From a virus, in the IMG/VR virus record IMGVR_UViG_3300040796_000034, positions 32,001 through 96,000 of that record: a stretch of DNA of 64,000 bases. One strand, written 5' to 3'. The translations under genes and the position numbers were made by a program. Shown piece by piece: positions 38,102-46,591 of the stretch. A model generated the notes under the pieces. The model had not been told where the DNA came from. It worked only from the letters and a program-made list of their open reading frames with translations, and searched no databases. Each line of letters opens with the position of its first letter. Position 1 is the stretch's first letter.

Positions 38102-38989
38102 TTAGAATTGGTTGTTACGATATGCAGCAGCTTGATTACGGGCTTGCTCAATTTCACTCATTTCAAATTCAGCCGCAGCGTAAATGTCTTCACCGACTAC
38201 AGCACCGAAGTCCACTCCACCAGCCTCGTGAAAATTAGCAAGAGTAAATCTCATTGCAAATAGTTGAGTCTCAATACTTACACCGTTATGTTCACACATA
38301 GCAGCAAACTCAGCAGCCATTGTATCAATATCTTCTGCATTAAAACTTAGACATTGATTGTAAATATTAGCTGGTAAGAAACCTGCTTCAAATAATTCAT
38401 CAGCATAATCTACGATTTCAGCAAGTTCATCTTTAACTTGTTCGTTAATAGAGAACTCTGTAATATAACCACTGATGTCATCTATACGACTTTCAACTTC
38501 TGGAAGATAGCTATAAGCTAATTCTTCAGCTAAAGGTTCCCCTTCATCTTCTACATAGAGGTAATCCTCGTCATCATATTCGTCTATATAGTCGTCATCG
38601 TAATAATCGTAGTAATCGTCTTCATCAAAATCATCATCGTATTCGTCGTAATACTCATCATCGTATTCGTCTTCATAATCTTCATCATCGTAATACGCAT
38701 CTTCTTCTAATTCATCGTAAATATCGAAAAAATCTTCTTCATCGTATTCACCTCTATCTGTTGCCGCACCTAGCTGTACAAAATCATAGACATCTTGTAC
38801 ATCTGCATTTTCAAAAGCATCAAGCATACCATCTACAACATCTTCATCTGGTACAAGTTGACCAGAAATAATTGCATCTAGTGTTTCTGCATCGATACCT
38901 GTCGTATCCATCATATCTTCAAGAGCATCCGTATAATCGTAATACTCTTCGTTAATTAAATCTTGAAATAGTTCGGAAGTTATTGTCAT
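38102..38989 (-). CDS. Very acidic putative scaffolding protein
   Basis: Long D/E/Y tract; lies between protease and cement genes. Confidence 0.55.
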   Translation of the reverse strand: MTITSELFQDLINEEYYDYTDALEDMMDTTGIDAETLDAIISGQLVPDEDVVDGMLDAFENADVQDVYDFVQLGAATDRGEYDEEDFFDIYDELEEDAYYDDEDYEDEYDDEYYDEYDDDFDEDDYYDYYDDDYIDEYDDEDYLYVEDEGEPLAEELAYSYLPEVESRIDDISGYITEFSINEQVKDELAEIVDYADELFEAGFLPANIYNQCLSFNAEDIDTMAAEFAAMCEHNGVSIETQLFAMRFTLANFHEAGGVDFGAVVGEDIYAAAEFEMSEIEQARNQAAAYRNNQF

Positions 38990-38991
38990 TG

Positions 38992-39291
38992 TTATTTAGC
39001 TTTTCTGAATATACCTGCCATTGTCCCTATACCTAAACCTGCTATTGCAGCGGCTCTATCAGCGGGTAAACCTTTACGTTTAGTGGAAGAGCTAGAAGAT
39101 TTTTTTTGAGTACGAGATTTTTTTCTCTTTCTTCTCTCTCTCTTCTCTCTGGTTTCACTACTCTTCTTTTTTCTTTCCCAAGTAGGTAAGGGATTAGTTC
39201 CACCAACAGCATAACCAATACCCCAACCAGCACCCGCACCAGTTCCCGCATCTAACAGGATTTGTTTAGTTTTTCTACCAGCATAGTTCAT
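38992..39291 (-). CDS. Basic protein with two Gly-rich hydrophobic segments
   Basis: AGTGAGAGWGIGYAVGG, poly-K/R linker, AAAIAGLGIGTMAGIF. Confidence 0.65.
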   Translation of the reverse strand: MNYAGRKTKQILLDAGTGAGAGWGIGYAVGGTNPLPTWERKKKSSETREKRERRKRKKSRTQKKSSSSSTKRKGLPADRAAAIAGLGIGTMAGIFRKAK

Positions 39292-39300
39292 GGTAGTTCC

Positions 39301-39489
39301 TTATCGATAGTTTATAGGTATCCCTGGAAGACCTACAGTAGCTTGACCGTAAGAAGCTCCTGGTTTTACTTTTTTACCGAGAGTCTTAATCCATCCAGCC
39401 GTATAAGTGTCTCGTAGATTACATTTACGAGCTTTATCTAACGTAGGGGTTGTAGTCGTATGCGACCTTGTATTATGTTTATTTTTCAC
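39301..39489 (-). CDS. Small basic protein
   Basis: GTG start with AGAGGT upstream. Confidence 0.5.
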   Translation of the reverse strand: MKNKHNTRSHTTTTPTLDKARKCNLRDTYTAGWIKTLGKKVKPGASYGQATVGLPGIPINYR

Positions 39490-39533
39490 TGTTATATACC
39501 TCTTTTACGTTGTTTGTTTGTAAGAAGTATTAT

Positions 39534-40790
39534 TTATCTTTTTTTCTTACGACGACTTAAAGCATAAGCTCCCCCAGCACCAGCGGCTCCCGCACCTACC
39601 CCAATACTATACTTACCAGCATTACTTTTAAGATGACGAGCGCCTTTACCAACAAAAGATTTAGAGAGTTTTCTCTTACCCCTACTTATTAAACCTTCTT
39701 TCCCTACTACTTTTGTTGTTGGATTTCCATAAACAAAAGGGCCTGATTTTACAATACTTTCATCAAGTAATTTACCTCGGACGGCTCTGATTGGTGTAGT
39801 TAAGAAACGACCTACTTTTGCAACGGTGTCTTTACCATATTTATATTCAGTTACATCCTCATCTTCATCATAACCGACTACAGGTACACCGTTTAAATAG
39901 TAAAATTGCATATTTGAATTTCCTTGATTTTTTTTAGATAATTGATTTGAGTATTCTACAAAGTCTTGTAAATTGTTAAACTTCGGACTTTGATTTTGTT
40001 GAGAAGTTTGTTTCTGTAAGGTTTGATTACTTTGGTTTTCATTTTGAACCTGTTCATCTTTACTTACTTTGTACATTTCTAAGACTTTATCTTGAAATTG
40101 TGAAAGATTCTGTTGAATTAATACCTCCTTTTGCATATTACCTTCTACTTCATCTTGAGAAGATACGTTTTTCACATTATCAAGTACATCTAATAGTGTA
40201 TCAAATATTTTTTGAGCTTGCTGTCTCAATTTCCCGGATTCATCTTTATCTTTCAATGCTTCATCTAATAGTAGCGCATTAAAATTTACTATGTTACCCA
40301 TATCATCGTGAAATAATACTGTATTGGGTATTGCGGGAATACCTACTAAAGAAACTTCCCTTATATGGAAATTTTTTAAGTCGATGCCTGCACTTAAAGT
40401 TTTTGATAAACCTCTATTAATCTTATCGATTAAATCATCGTCCATTATTTTAACACTATCAGAAAAAACTCCCCATCTTCCTAGTAAATGTTCCCACTTA
40501 GGATTACTGTTAATATCATCTTCTGTAATTTGTCTTACATCTAACGGTTCATCTATTTCACCTACTTGATTATTTACATCCTTATTATGTTCAGTAAATA
40601 TAGGAATACCAGAACTGTATGAAAGATAGTTATTAGTATTCTCTACAAGCTTTTTAATGTCGCTATCTGTAAAGAAAAATTCACGACCTTTAGAATCCTT
40701 ATGTGGTTTACCCTCTTCTGTTGAGTAGAAGATAAGACCTTTTTTAATAAGTTCTTTAGGTACGCTTTGCTTAAATTCAGTAATTCTCAT
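39534..40790 (-). CDS. Prohead protease (Mu gpI-like) with basic Gly-rich C-terminal tail
   Basis: IPIFTEH, VGEI, LSAGI, EVSLVGIPAI; ends YSIGVGAGAAGAGGAYALSRRKKKR. Confidence 0.75.
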   Translation of the reverse strand: MRITEFKQSVPKELIKKGLIFYSTEEGKPHKDSKGREFFFTDSDIKKLVENTNNYLSYSSGIPIFTEHNKDVNNQVGEIDEPLDVRQITEDDINSNPKWEHLLGRWGVFSDSVKIMDDDLIDKINRGLSKTLSAGIDLKNFHIREVSLVGIPAIPNTVLFHDDMGNIVNFNALLLDEALKDKDESGKLRQQAQKIFDTLLDVLDNVKNVSSQDEVEGNMQKEVLIQQNLSQFQDKVLEMYKVSKDEQVQNENQSNQTLQKQTSQQNQSPKFNNLQDFVEYSNQLSKKNQGNSNMQFYYLNGVPVVGYDEDEDVTEYKYGKDTVAKVGRFLTTPIRAVRGKLLDESIVKSGPFVYGNPTTKVVGKEGLISRGKRKLSKSFVGKGARHLKSNAGKYSIGVGAGAAGAGGAYALSRRKKKR

Positions 40791-40811
40791 ATTATAGTAT
40801 ATTAATTTCTT

Positions 40812-41087
40812 CTATCTCTCTTCCCAAAGTGTCTTACCATCTTTTTTTATCTTGCTTTTCTTTCCATCACTTGTGATTACAGTAGGGTTTTTTAAAGTTT
40901 TTGTTCCAGTAACTTTTTGTAAAAGAGAGGGTTCTTGTTTCCATAATACCTTATCTTTACTCTTAACACTATATCCTTTCTCTTTAATATCTTTTTTCAC
41001 ACTCGGACTATTAAGAAATTTACTAACTTCTCTAGCTTCTTTATTACCTTTCTTTTTTTTCTTATTTCTTAGATTGTCTAGCCACAT
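40812..41087 (-). CDS. Lys-rich small protein
   Basis: 91 aa, strongly basic. Confidence 0.6.
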   Translation of the reverse strand: MWLDNLRNKKKKKGNKEAREVSKFLNSPSVKKDIKEKGYSVKSKDKVLWKQEPSLLQKVTGTKTLKNPTVITSDGKKSKIKKDGKTLWEER

Positions 41088-41092
41088 ATTTA

Positions 41093-42103
41093 TTATAAAC
41101 CAAAAAATTGTTTTATGTTATCTATTACATTATCATATACTGGATTGTCAGCATACCGTCCATTAGCTTGCTTAAGTCTTTTAATAAAATATGAAGGGTA
41201 TAGATGTAAATCGTAGTGATATTCAAACCCTTTTTCTTTTTGTAAAGGAGCTACTAAATCAATTTCTTTAATTGCTTTGTTTTTAATAGGAAAAGGAGTT
41301 ATTTTATTAAAAAACTCTTCTTTAATAATAACATTCCTTGTAGGATTCTTTGATGGTACTATATCTAAATAAGGTGTACCAACAGTTAAATTTCTTAAAT
41401 CAGATTTATTAATACCAGTTTGGTGAAGTATATATGCCACGTCTTTACTTGTAAGTCCTCCACCACTATGTCCTATTAAATTTATTTTAGCATCTGGGTT
41501 TTTCTGTTTCCAATCATAGATATATTTAGCAATCTTTTCTGAGTCAGTATTCTTACCTTTAACAAGATTACCACCTGCTACAGATATAACTGCTTTAGGT
41601 TTACCTCGATTAGTCATCTCTTGAGTAACTCCTATTAAGTTAGTTTTATTTAAAAAACCCTCATCTCTAAAACTCTTTCGTATAGCGCTATAAGCTTCTT
41701 TTACCTGAGCATGGTTATTTGATAGCCCGGCAAAGAAAAAAGTTAGTTGAGGTTTTCCTGTTTTCTTAGGTTTAGGAGTTAGTCCGGTCACTCTCATCTT
41801 AGGTATGTCTTTACCTTCTTTAATATTCTTACCAGATTTTTTAAGATTATCTTCATACCGAGCTTTAAGAATAAGATAATTAGTAATAGGTCGTCCTAAC
41901 ATAGCTGCTGTTACAACAGTATTCCTAAATATTTTGTTCTTACGAGTTAACCCAAACCCAGTAGCTCCTAGTAAAGCTGTATTACTTACAATAAGGTCTC
42001 TTGTATAGTTTCTTTCAGACTTTTTCTTATATACCCTACTATGAGACTTTACAAGCTTACCATCTCGTATATAAGACTTGACTTGACTTTTTTCTGTTTT
42101 CAT
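41093..42103 (-). CDS. Alpha/beta-hydrolase (lipase-like) with basic N-terminal motif
   Basis: INLIGHSGGG nucleophile elbow (GxSxG), TVGTPY, C-terminal His; N-terminus VKSYIRDGKLVKSHSR. Confidence 0.7.
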   Translation of the reverse strand: MKTEKSQVKSYIRDGKLVKSHSRVYKKKSERNYTRDLIVSNTALLGATGFGLTRKNKIFRNTVVTAAMLGRPITNYLILKARYEDNLKKSGKNIKEGKDIPKMRVTGLTPKPKKTGKPQLTFFFAGLSNNHAQVKEAYSAIRKSFRDEGFLNKTNLIGVTQEMTNRGKPKAVISVAGGNLVKGKNTDSEKIAKYIYDWKQKNPDAKINLIGHSGGGLTSKDVAYILHQTGINKSDLRNLTVGTPYLDIVPSKNPTRNVIIKEEFFNKITPFPIKNKAIKEIDLVAPLQKEKGFEYHYDLHLYPSYFIKRLKQANGRYADNPVYDNVIDNIKQFFGL

Positions 42104-42108
42104 TCAAA

Positions 42109-42531
42109 CTATTGTAACCGTCTTCCTCTTTTTCTACGATTTAAAGCCCCCATAGTTATTGCAGTAGCTCCTGCACCTAGCCCAGCCAAACCAACCCCAA
42201 TAGCACCTCTTCTAGCCCATTTACCTGTTAAAGCTTTTCTTAATGGACGAAATTTATTAGCTTTACGATAGGCTTGACTTCTAGCACTCTTATCTAAATT
42301 TTGTTGAGCAGTTCTTTGTAAGTTTATCTTTGACCCTTTTTGTGGCTGAGAAGGTTGAGGTGCTTTTTTTAAATTAAACTTATCATTTGCTTCCCTAGCT
42401 TGCGCCCTTAATATCTCATCTTGATTTGGTTTATTTAATCTACTCTCTCTTTGACGCTTAAACTTATCATTTGCTTCCCTAGCTTGTGCCCTTAATATCT
42501 CATCTTGATTTGAAAAATTAATGTAATTCAT
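42109..42531 (-). CDS. Basic protein with internal repeat and C-terminal Gly-rich hydrophobic segment
   Basis: NQDEILRAQAREANDKF twice (53-bp repeat at 42376-42428 and 42460-42512); GAIGVGLAGLGAGATAITMGAL then NRRKRGRR. Confidence 0.7.
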   Translation of the reverse strand: MNYINFSNQDEILRAQAREANDKFKRQRESRLNKPNQDEILRAQAREANDKFNLKKAPQPSQPQKGSKINLQRTAQQNLDKSARSQAYRKANKFRPLRKALTGKWARRGAIGVGLAGLGAGATAITMGALNRRKRGRRLQ

Positions 42532-42561
42532 AATTTTTTTTATATTTGATTTTTTATTTGT

Positions 42562-42912
42562 TTAGAATTTCCATACATGATTCGGGTCGTCTAATTTCCG
42601 ACGTATCTCTTCAGTAGTATTATCTTTACGAGCTTTTCTCATAGCTTCTCTATAAGTCTTCTGCGTATCTCTAACCGCCGCATCTGAGGCAGCTTTCTTT
42701 TGAGCTTTTGACACACCCCCCATAGTCGATACATTCTTTCTAACATTAGAAGCTTTACGAACTCTTGGAAACTTACCTCTAGTTGCTAATAAAGAAGCAC
42801 CTCCCGCTAAACCAGTAACACCTACCCCTGCAATTGTACCAGCAATAAGAGCTTGTGTACCTCTATGCTGTTCTTTAAATCTTTGTACAAGACTTTTTTT
42901 TATTTTTTTAAT
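42562..42912 (-). CDS. Basic Gly-rich membrane-segment protein lacking an ATG start
   Basis: Open frame ATT AAA AAA ATA...ALIAGTIAGVGVTGLAGGASLLATRGK...HVWKF*; in frame with the upstream TAA. Confidence 0.55.
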   Translation of the reverse strand: MKKIKKSLVQRFKEQHRGTQALIAGTIAGVGVTGLAGGASLLATRGKFPRVRKASNVRKNVSTMGGVSKAQKKAASDAAVRDTQKTYREAMRKARKDNTTEEIRRKLDDPNHVWKF

Positions 42913-42915
42913 AAA

Positions 42916-43722
42916 TTATCTTACTACTCTTCTATAAGCTTTATTTAGTATATCTAATGACCTTAAACCTTTTTGTTTAACCCATTTTTTAGCTTGCTGA
43001 TAACCTTGGTTAGTTCCTTTAGTTACATTACTTGCAACATTAGAGATTCCTTGCTGTAATCTAGGGTTTCTCCTTTGTCCCCAAGAATCAATACGGTAGG
43101 TAGGTGAGCTTCTATTGCCTGTTAAGTCAATTCTTCTATATGCAGTCTTCCCCCTAGAAACAAATCGACCTCCCGGATTCTTAATATATCCACCGTTATT
43201 CTGTTGACCTAATGTAGTAATATTACTTTGTTGAGGTGTTTCTACCTTTGGGAAGATATTTCTATTATTCTCTAACGGGTGTACTTTAGGAAATATATTT
43301 CTGTTGTTTTGTAAACTGTTAGGTACTCCAGGTACACTAGGTATTCTCTGTTGAGTATTTTGATTACCTCGTACTGCTAAAGCACCTCCAGGAGTTTTCT
43401 TTCTAGGCCCTACAGCCTGGTCAAGAGTTAAAGACCTAGCAGGGGGTAAAGCTCTTGTAGGTTGTTTAGGGACTCTTGCTTTAGGTACAGTTGCTAAGGC
43501 TCCCGCAGCTTGTGGTGAATAATTTCTAGGTTGATTAGCTTGTGTAGGGACTCTGCTTGGTGGTAAAGCAGCTTGTGGAGATTTAGGCTGTTTAGGAACT
43601 TTTCTACTACGTCTTTTCCTTCTAACGGCATTAGGGTCAGCACTACGCATCTGACCATTACCACGATTATCATAAACTACTTCTGGTATTACATTTCTGA
43701 AATAAATATACCTTGGTCTCAT
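42916..43722 (-). CDS. Basic, Pro/Gln/Arg-rich disordered protein
   Basis: 268 aa; ALPP, GALA and NNRNIFPKV repeats. Confidence 0.7.
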   Translation of the reverse strand: MRPRYIYFRNVIPEVVYDNRGNGQMRSADPNAVRRKRRSRKVPKQPKSPQAALPPSRVPTQANQPRNYSPQAAGALATVPKARVPKQPTRALPPARSLTLDQAVGPRKKTPGGALAVRGNQNTQQRIPSVPGVPNSLQNNRNIFPKVHPLENNRNIFPKVETPQQSNITTLGQQNNGGYIKNPGGRFVSRGKTAYRRIDLTGNRSSPTYRIDSWGQRRNPRLQQGISNVASNVTKGTNQGYQQAKKWVKQKGLRSLDILNKAYRRVVR

Positions 43723-43723
43723 T

Positions 43724-46576
43724 TTAGAATTTTTTGTAAGTTTCTAATCTATTGTACAATATTCCCATCTTATACTCAATATTATAAATCTTATCTCTTA
43801 AAGTCTTTAATCTTTTAAACCTTTCACTACCTAATTCATCAACCATATCTCGTGTAAATCTACGTCTATCAAAAATCTTTAGATACTCTAAAATAACATC
43901 TCTATCACCTGATAAGTTAAACTCTTGACCAATAGTGTCATATAGCTCCTCTAACTGTCTTCTTTGATTACGGTATGTATTCTTAGCTCTCTTATAGATT
44001 CTTTGACTACTTTTAAAAGTTTCTTTATAACCTAAATCTTTAGCTCTTCTACTATATAGAGGCTTAAACTTAATATTCTCAAATCGATTAATGTAATTTA
44101 ACCACTCAGCGTTATTTACACTCTCTTTTAGTAGGTATTTACCGTTGTCTAGTTTAGTGAAAATACCGTCTAATTCTCCCTGTCTAATAAATAGTTCGGT
44201 TACATTATTCTGTACATTCTTAAGATTAATTTCATTGTTTCTAAAATTGTTAATATCTCGAATCTGTACATTAATTTTAAACCCTTTTCTATACCGTTGA
44301 ATAGGTGTGTTTAAACTTTTAGAGGTTCTATAAACTAAATCATCTAAGTTATTATAAGAAGATAGTTCGCGAGTAGCTGCTTCAAGACTGTCTGTTAGTA
44401 AATCTAATGTCTCAGGTATTTTTTTACCTTTAATCTTTGAGATAATAGCATTGTTAGTATTCCTTAGCTGTCCTTTATTAAATGGAAGTACGTTACGCTT
44501 TATTAGGGCACTCTCAACACTTGTAATTGATTCTATGTAGTCTTTATTAATAAGACCTCTATCATCTTTAAAAGCATCTCTAGTACGCTTAAAATCGTTA
44601 ACAAGTTTTAAAGTATCAGTTTCTTCAACAACCTGTTTTTTTACATCTAAGGGTAGATGACCTGCAACTCTTTCTGTTTTCTCCCTGATAGTACGCTCCA
44701 TTTCATTAATCGATATACCGAAAGTATCCATACTACGGTTTATGTCACTAACTTCATTAACAAGATTTCGAGTAGCTTCTTTATACTCACCTAATTTCAG
44801 TTGAATAGTGGTAACATCTATCTCTGGTAAAGTTAATAAACTATCTATTTCATTTCTTAACTGTGAAGCCTTTCTTGATTTAATTATATATCCTTCTGCT
44901 AATTCTTTATAGTTAATAGCTTGTTCAAGATTATTTACTCTAATACCTGTCTTAAAAGCTTTCGACTCTTTCTCTGTTTCTTGATTTACTTGTTCAGTTA
45001 ACTCTTTAACATTAGGGACTTCTGTAAGAGTTTGTACAACAGGAGTTTCTGATTCTGTAGTTTTAGGTTCAATATCTTTGTTAACACCAGATTCTACACC
45101 TTCATTAACCTGTTCATAGACTTTTTGTACTTCAGAATAAGCTGATTTAATAGTCTCTTGATTTGATTTACCAAATTCTTGTACAGTATTAAGTACATCC
45201 GTAGAAATGCTTCGTAGTGAAGGTCTAAAAGCTCGATAAGCAGCGTATAAAAGAACTGTACTAGCTATTCCACCAAAAAGTGCCGCTCCAAACTTCTTAG
45301 AGTCAATATCAGGTTGTTTATCAATACTTACAGCGCCCGTAGTACCACCTTTTACGTCGTCTGAAATAGGTATCCAGAAACATCCACAATAGGGGTGTGC
45401 AGGTATCATAGGTATCTTATTACCTATCTGAGAAAGAAGACCTTGAGACATCTTTCCTTCTACCGGAGTAGGGAAAGACTTACCTGTAAAAGCAAATTTA
45501 GGACTCATTAAATCTAAAATGTTAAAAATCTTACCGTCCATACCAATACAGAAATGACAAGTCTTATCGGACAAAACACCTGTACGAAGACCTTTAGGTG
45601 TAGTAGTTTTATGTTTTTGAATATCTTCAACCTTTAGTTTTACCGGAGTCTTTACACGACCATATTCTAAATAACCCGCTGTCCACCTTACTCGGGTATA
45701 ACCTCTTCTTAAGTATTCATCTAATATACCTAAGTTGTACATAGCATTTGTTTCTGTAATTACAATTTTACGGATACGTCTAATAAACCGACCTCGTATG
45801 TCAATATCTCTTTTACTAGGAACACCTTTAGATAGAGTTTGGAAAGCCGTGTCTCTTTTTAAGTCAGCACTATTATAAAGGTCATTAATAACTTCCTCCA
45901 CAGCATTACCGTAGTTACCTTTAGCTTTATAACGATTATTGAAAGAAGAGATAGACTTTTTAGTAGATTCAGTTAAATCCCTATTCCAGACTTCAGCTAA
46001 AAAATGTTGACGTTTATCTAAATAGGTTTTACCGAATTTAGTGTAATTAATATCTACATTAGATTTAAAAGTCGTATAAGGGGCTTTACCTTCTTTAAGC
46101 TCTAACTCTTTAAAAGTTTCTAATACATTAAGCTTGTGGTTAATATCTCTCTTTATTATTTCACTACTACTTCTATAGTAATCAGGAGATGTACCGAACT
46201 TACCTACTCTTTTAGGTGGAGGGACTATTCTGGAATTAGTCCTTAACCTTCTTTGTTCATCTTCATTTCTTATAAACTCAGCAAATGTAGATGTATCTGT
46301 ATTTAGTAAAAAAGAAATAGGAGATTTATTCTTTTCAATATTCCTAATACCTTGTTCTTTCCCAAAAAGAAACGATGCAAAATGTAAAGTCTTAAGTTTT
46401 TTAACCAATATATGTTTAACTCTTACTGGTATATTCTTAATCTCTCTACCTTTACCTTGTTTAGATAATTCAAATTTAATGTAAGTCTGAGTATCCCTGC
46501 TAATTACTTCAGTGAAATAATCAGTAATAGTATCGGTAACAGCTTGAGTGACCCGTCTTTGATTAGCTATTGACAT
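43724..46576 (-). CDS. MuF/SPP1 gp7-family head protein with TM segment and long C-terminal extension
   Basis: IVITETNAMYNLG, WTA, DKTCHFCIGMDGKIF, PAHPYCGC; then FGAALFGGIASTVLLYAAY. Confidence 0.8.
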   Translation of the reverse strand: MSIANQRRVTQAVTDTITDYFTEVISRDTQTYIKFELSKQGKGREIKNIPVRVKHILVKKLKTLHFASFLFGKEQGIRNIEKNKSPISFLLNTDTSTFAEFIRNEDEQRRLRTNSRIVPPPKRVGKFGTSPDYYRSSSEIIKRDINHKLNVLETFKELELKEGKAPYTTFKSNVDINYTKFGKTYLDKRQHFLAEVWNRDLTESTKKSISSFNNRYKAKGNYGNAVEEVINDLYNSADLKRDTAFQTLSKGVPSKRDIDIRGRFIRRIRKIVITETNAMYNLGILDEYLRRGYTRVRWTAGYLEYGRVKTPVKLKVEDIQKHKTTTPKGLRTGVLSDKTCHFCIGMDGKIFNILDLMSPKFAFTGKSFPTPVEGKMSQGLLSQIGNKIPMIPAHPYCGCFWIPISDDVKGGTTGAVSIDKQPDIDSKKFGAALFGGIASTVLLYAAYRAFRPSLRSISTDVLNTVQEFGKSNQETIKSAYSEVQKVYEQVNEGVESGVNKDIEPKTTESETPVVQTLTEVPNVKELTEQVNQETEKESKAFKTGIRVNNLEQAINYKELAEGYIIKSRKASQLRNEIDSLLTLPEIDVTTIQLKLGEYKEATRNLVNEVSDINRSMDTFGISINEMERTIREKTERVAGHLPLDVKKQVVEETDTLKLVNDFKRTRDAFKDDRGLINKDYIESITSVESALIKRNVLPFNKGQLRNTNNAIISKIKGKKIPETLDLLTDSLEAATRELSSYNNLDDLVYRTSKSLNTPIQRYRKGFKINVQIRDINNFRNNEINLKNVQNNVTELFIRQGELDGIFTKLDNGKYLLKESVNNAEWLNYINRFENIKFKPLYSRRAKDLGYKETFKSSQRIYKRAKNTYRNQRRQLEELYDTIGQEFNLSGDRDVILEYLKIFDRRRFTRDMVDELGSERFKRLKTLRDKIYNIEYKMGILYNRLETYKKF

Positions 46577-46591
46577 ATTTTATTCATGTTA

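Noticed and set aside
39042-39251. 69-aa alternative-frame ORF inside 38992..39291
   Set aside because: Nested on the same strand; the 99-aa frame fits the gene spacing and the local protein family.
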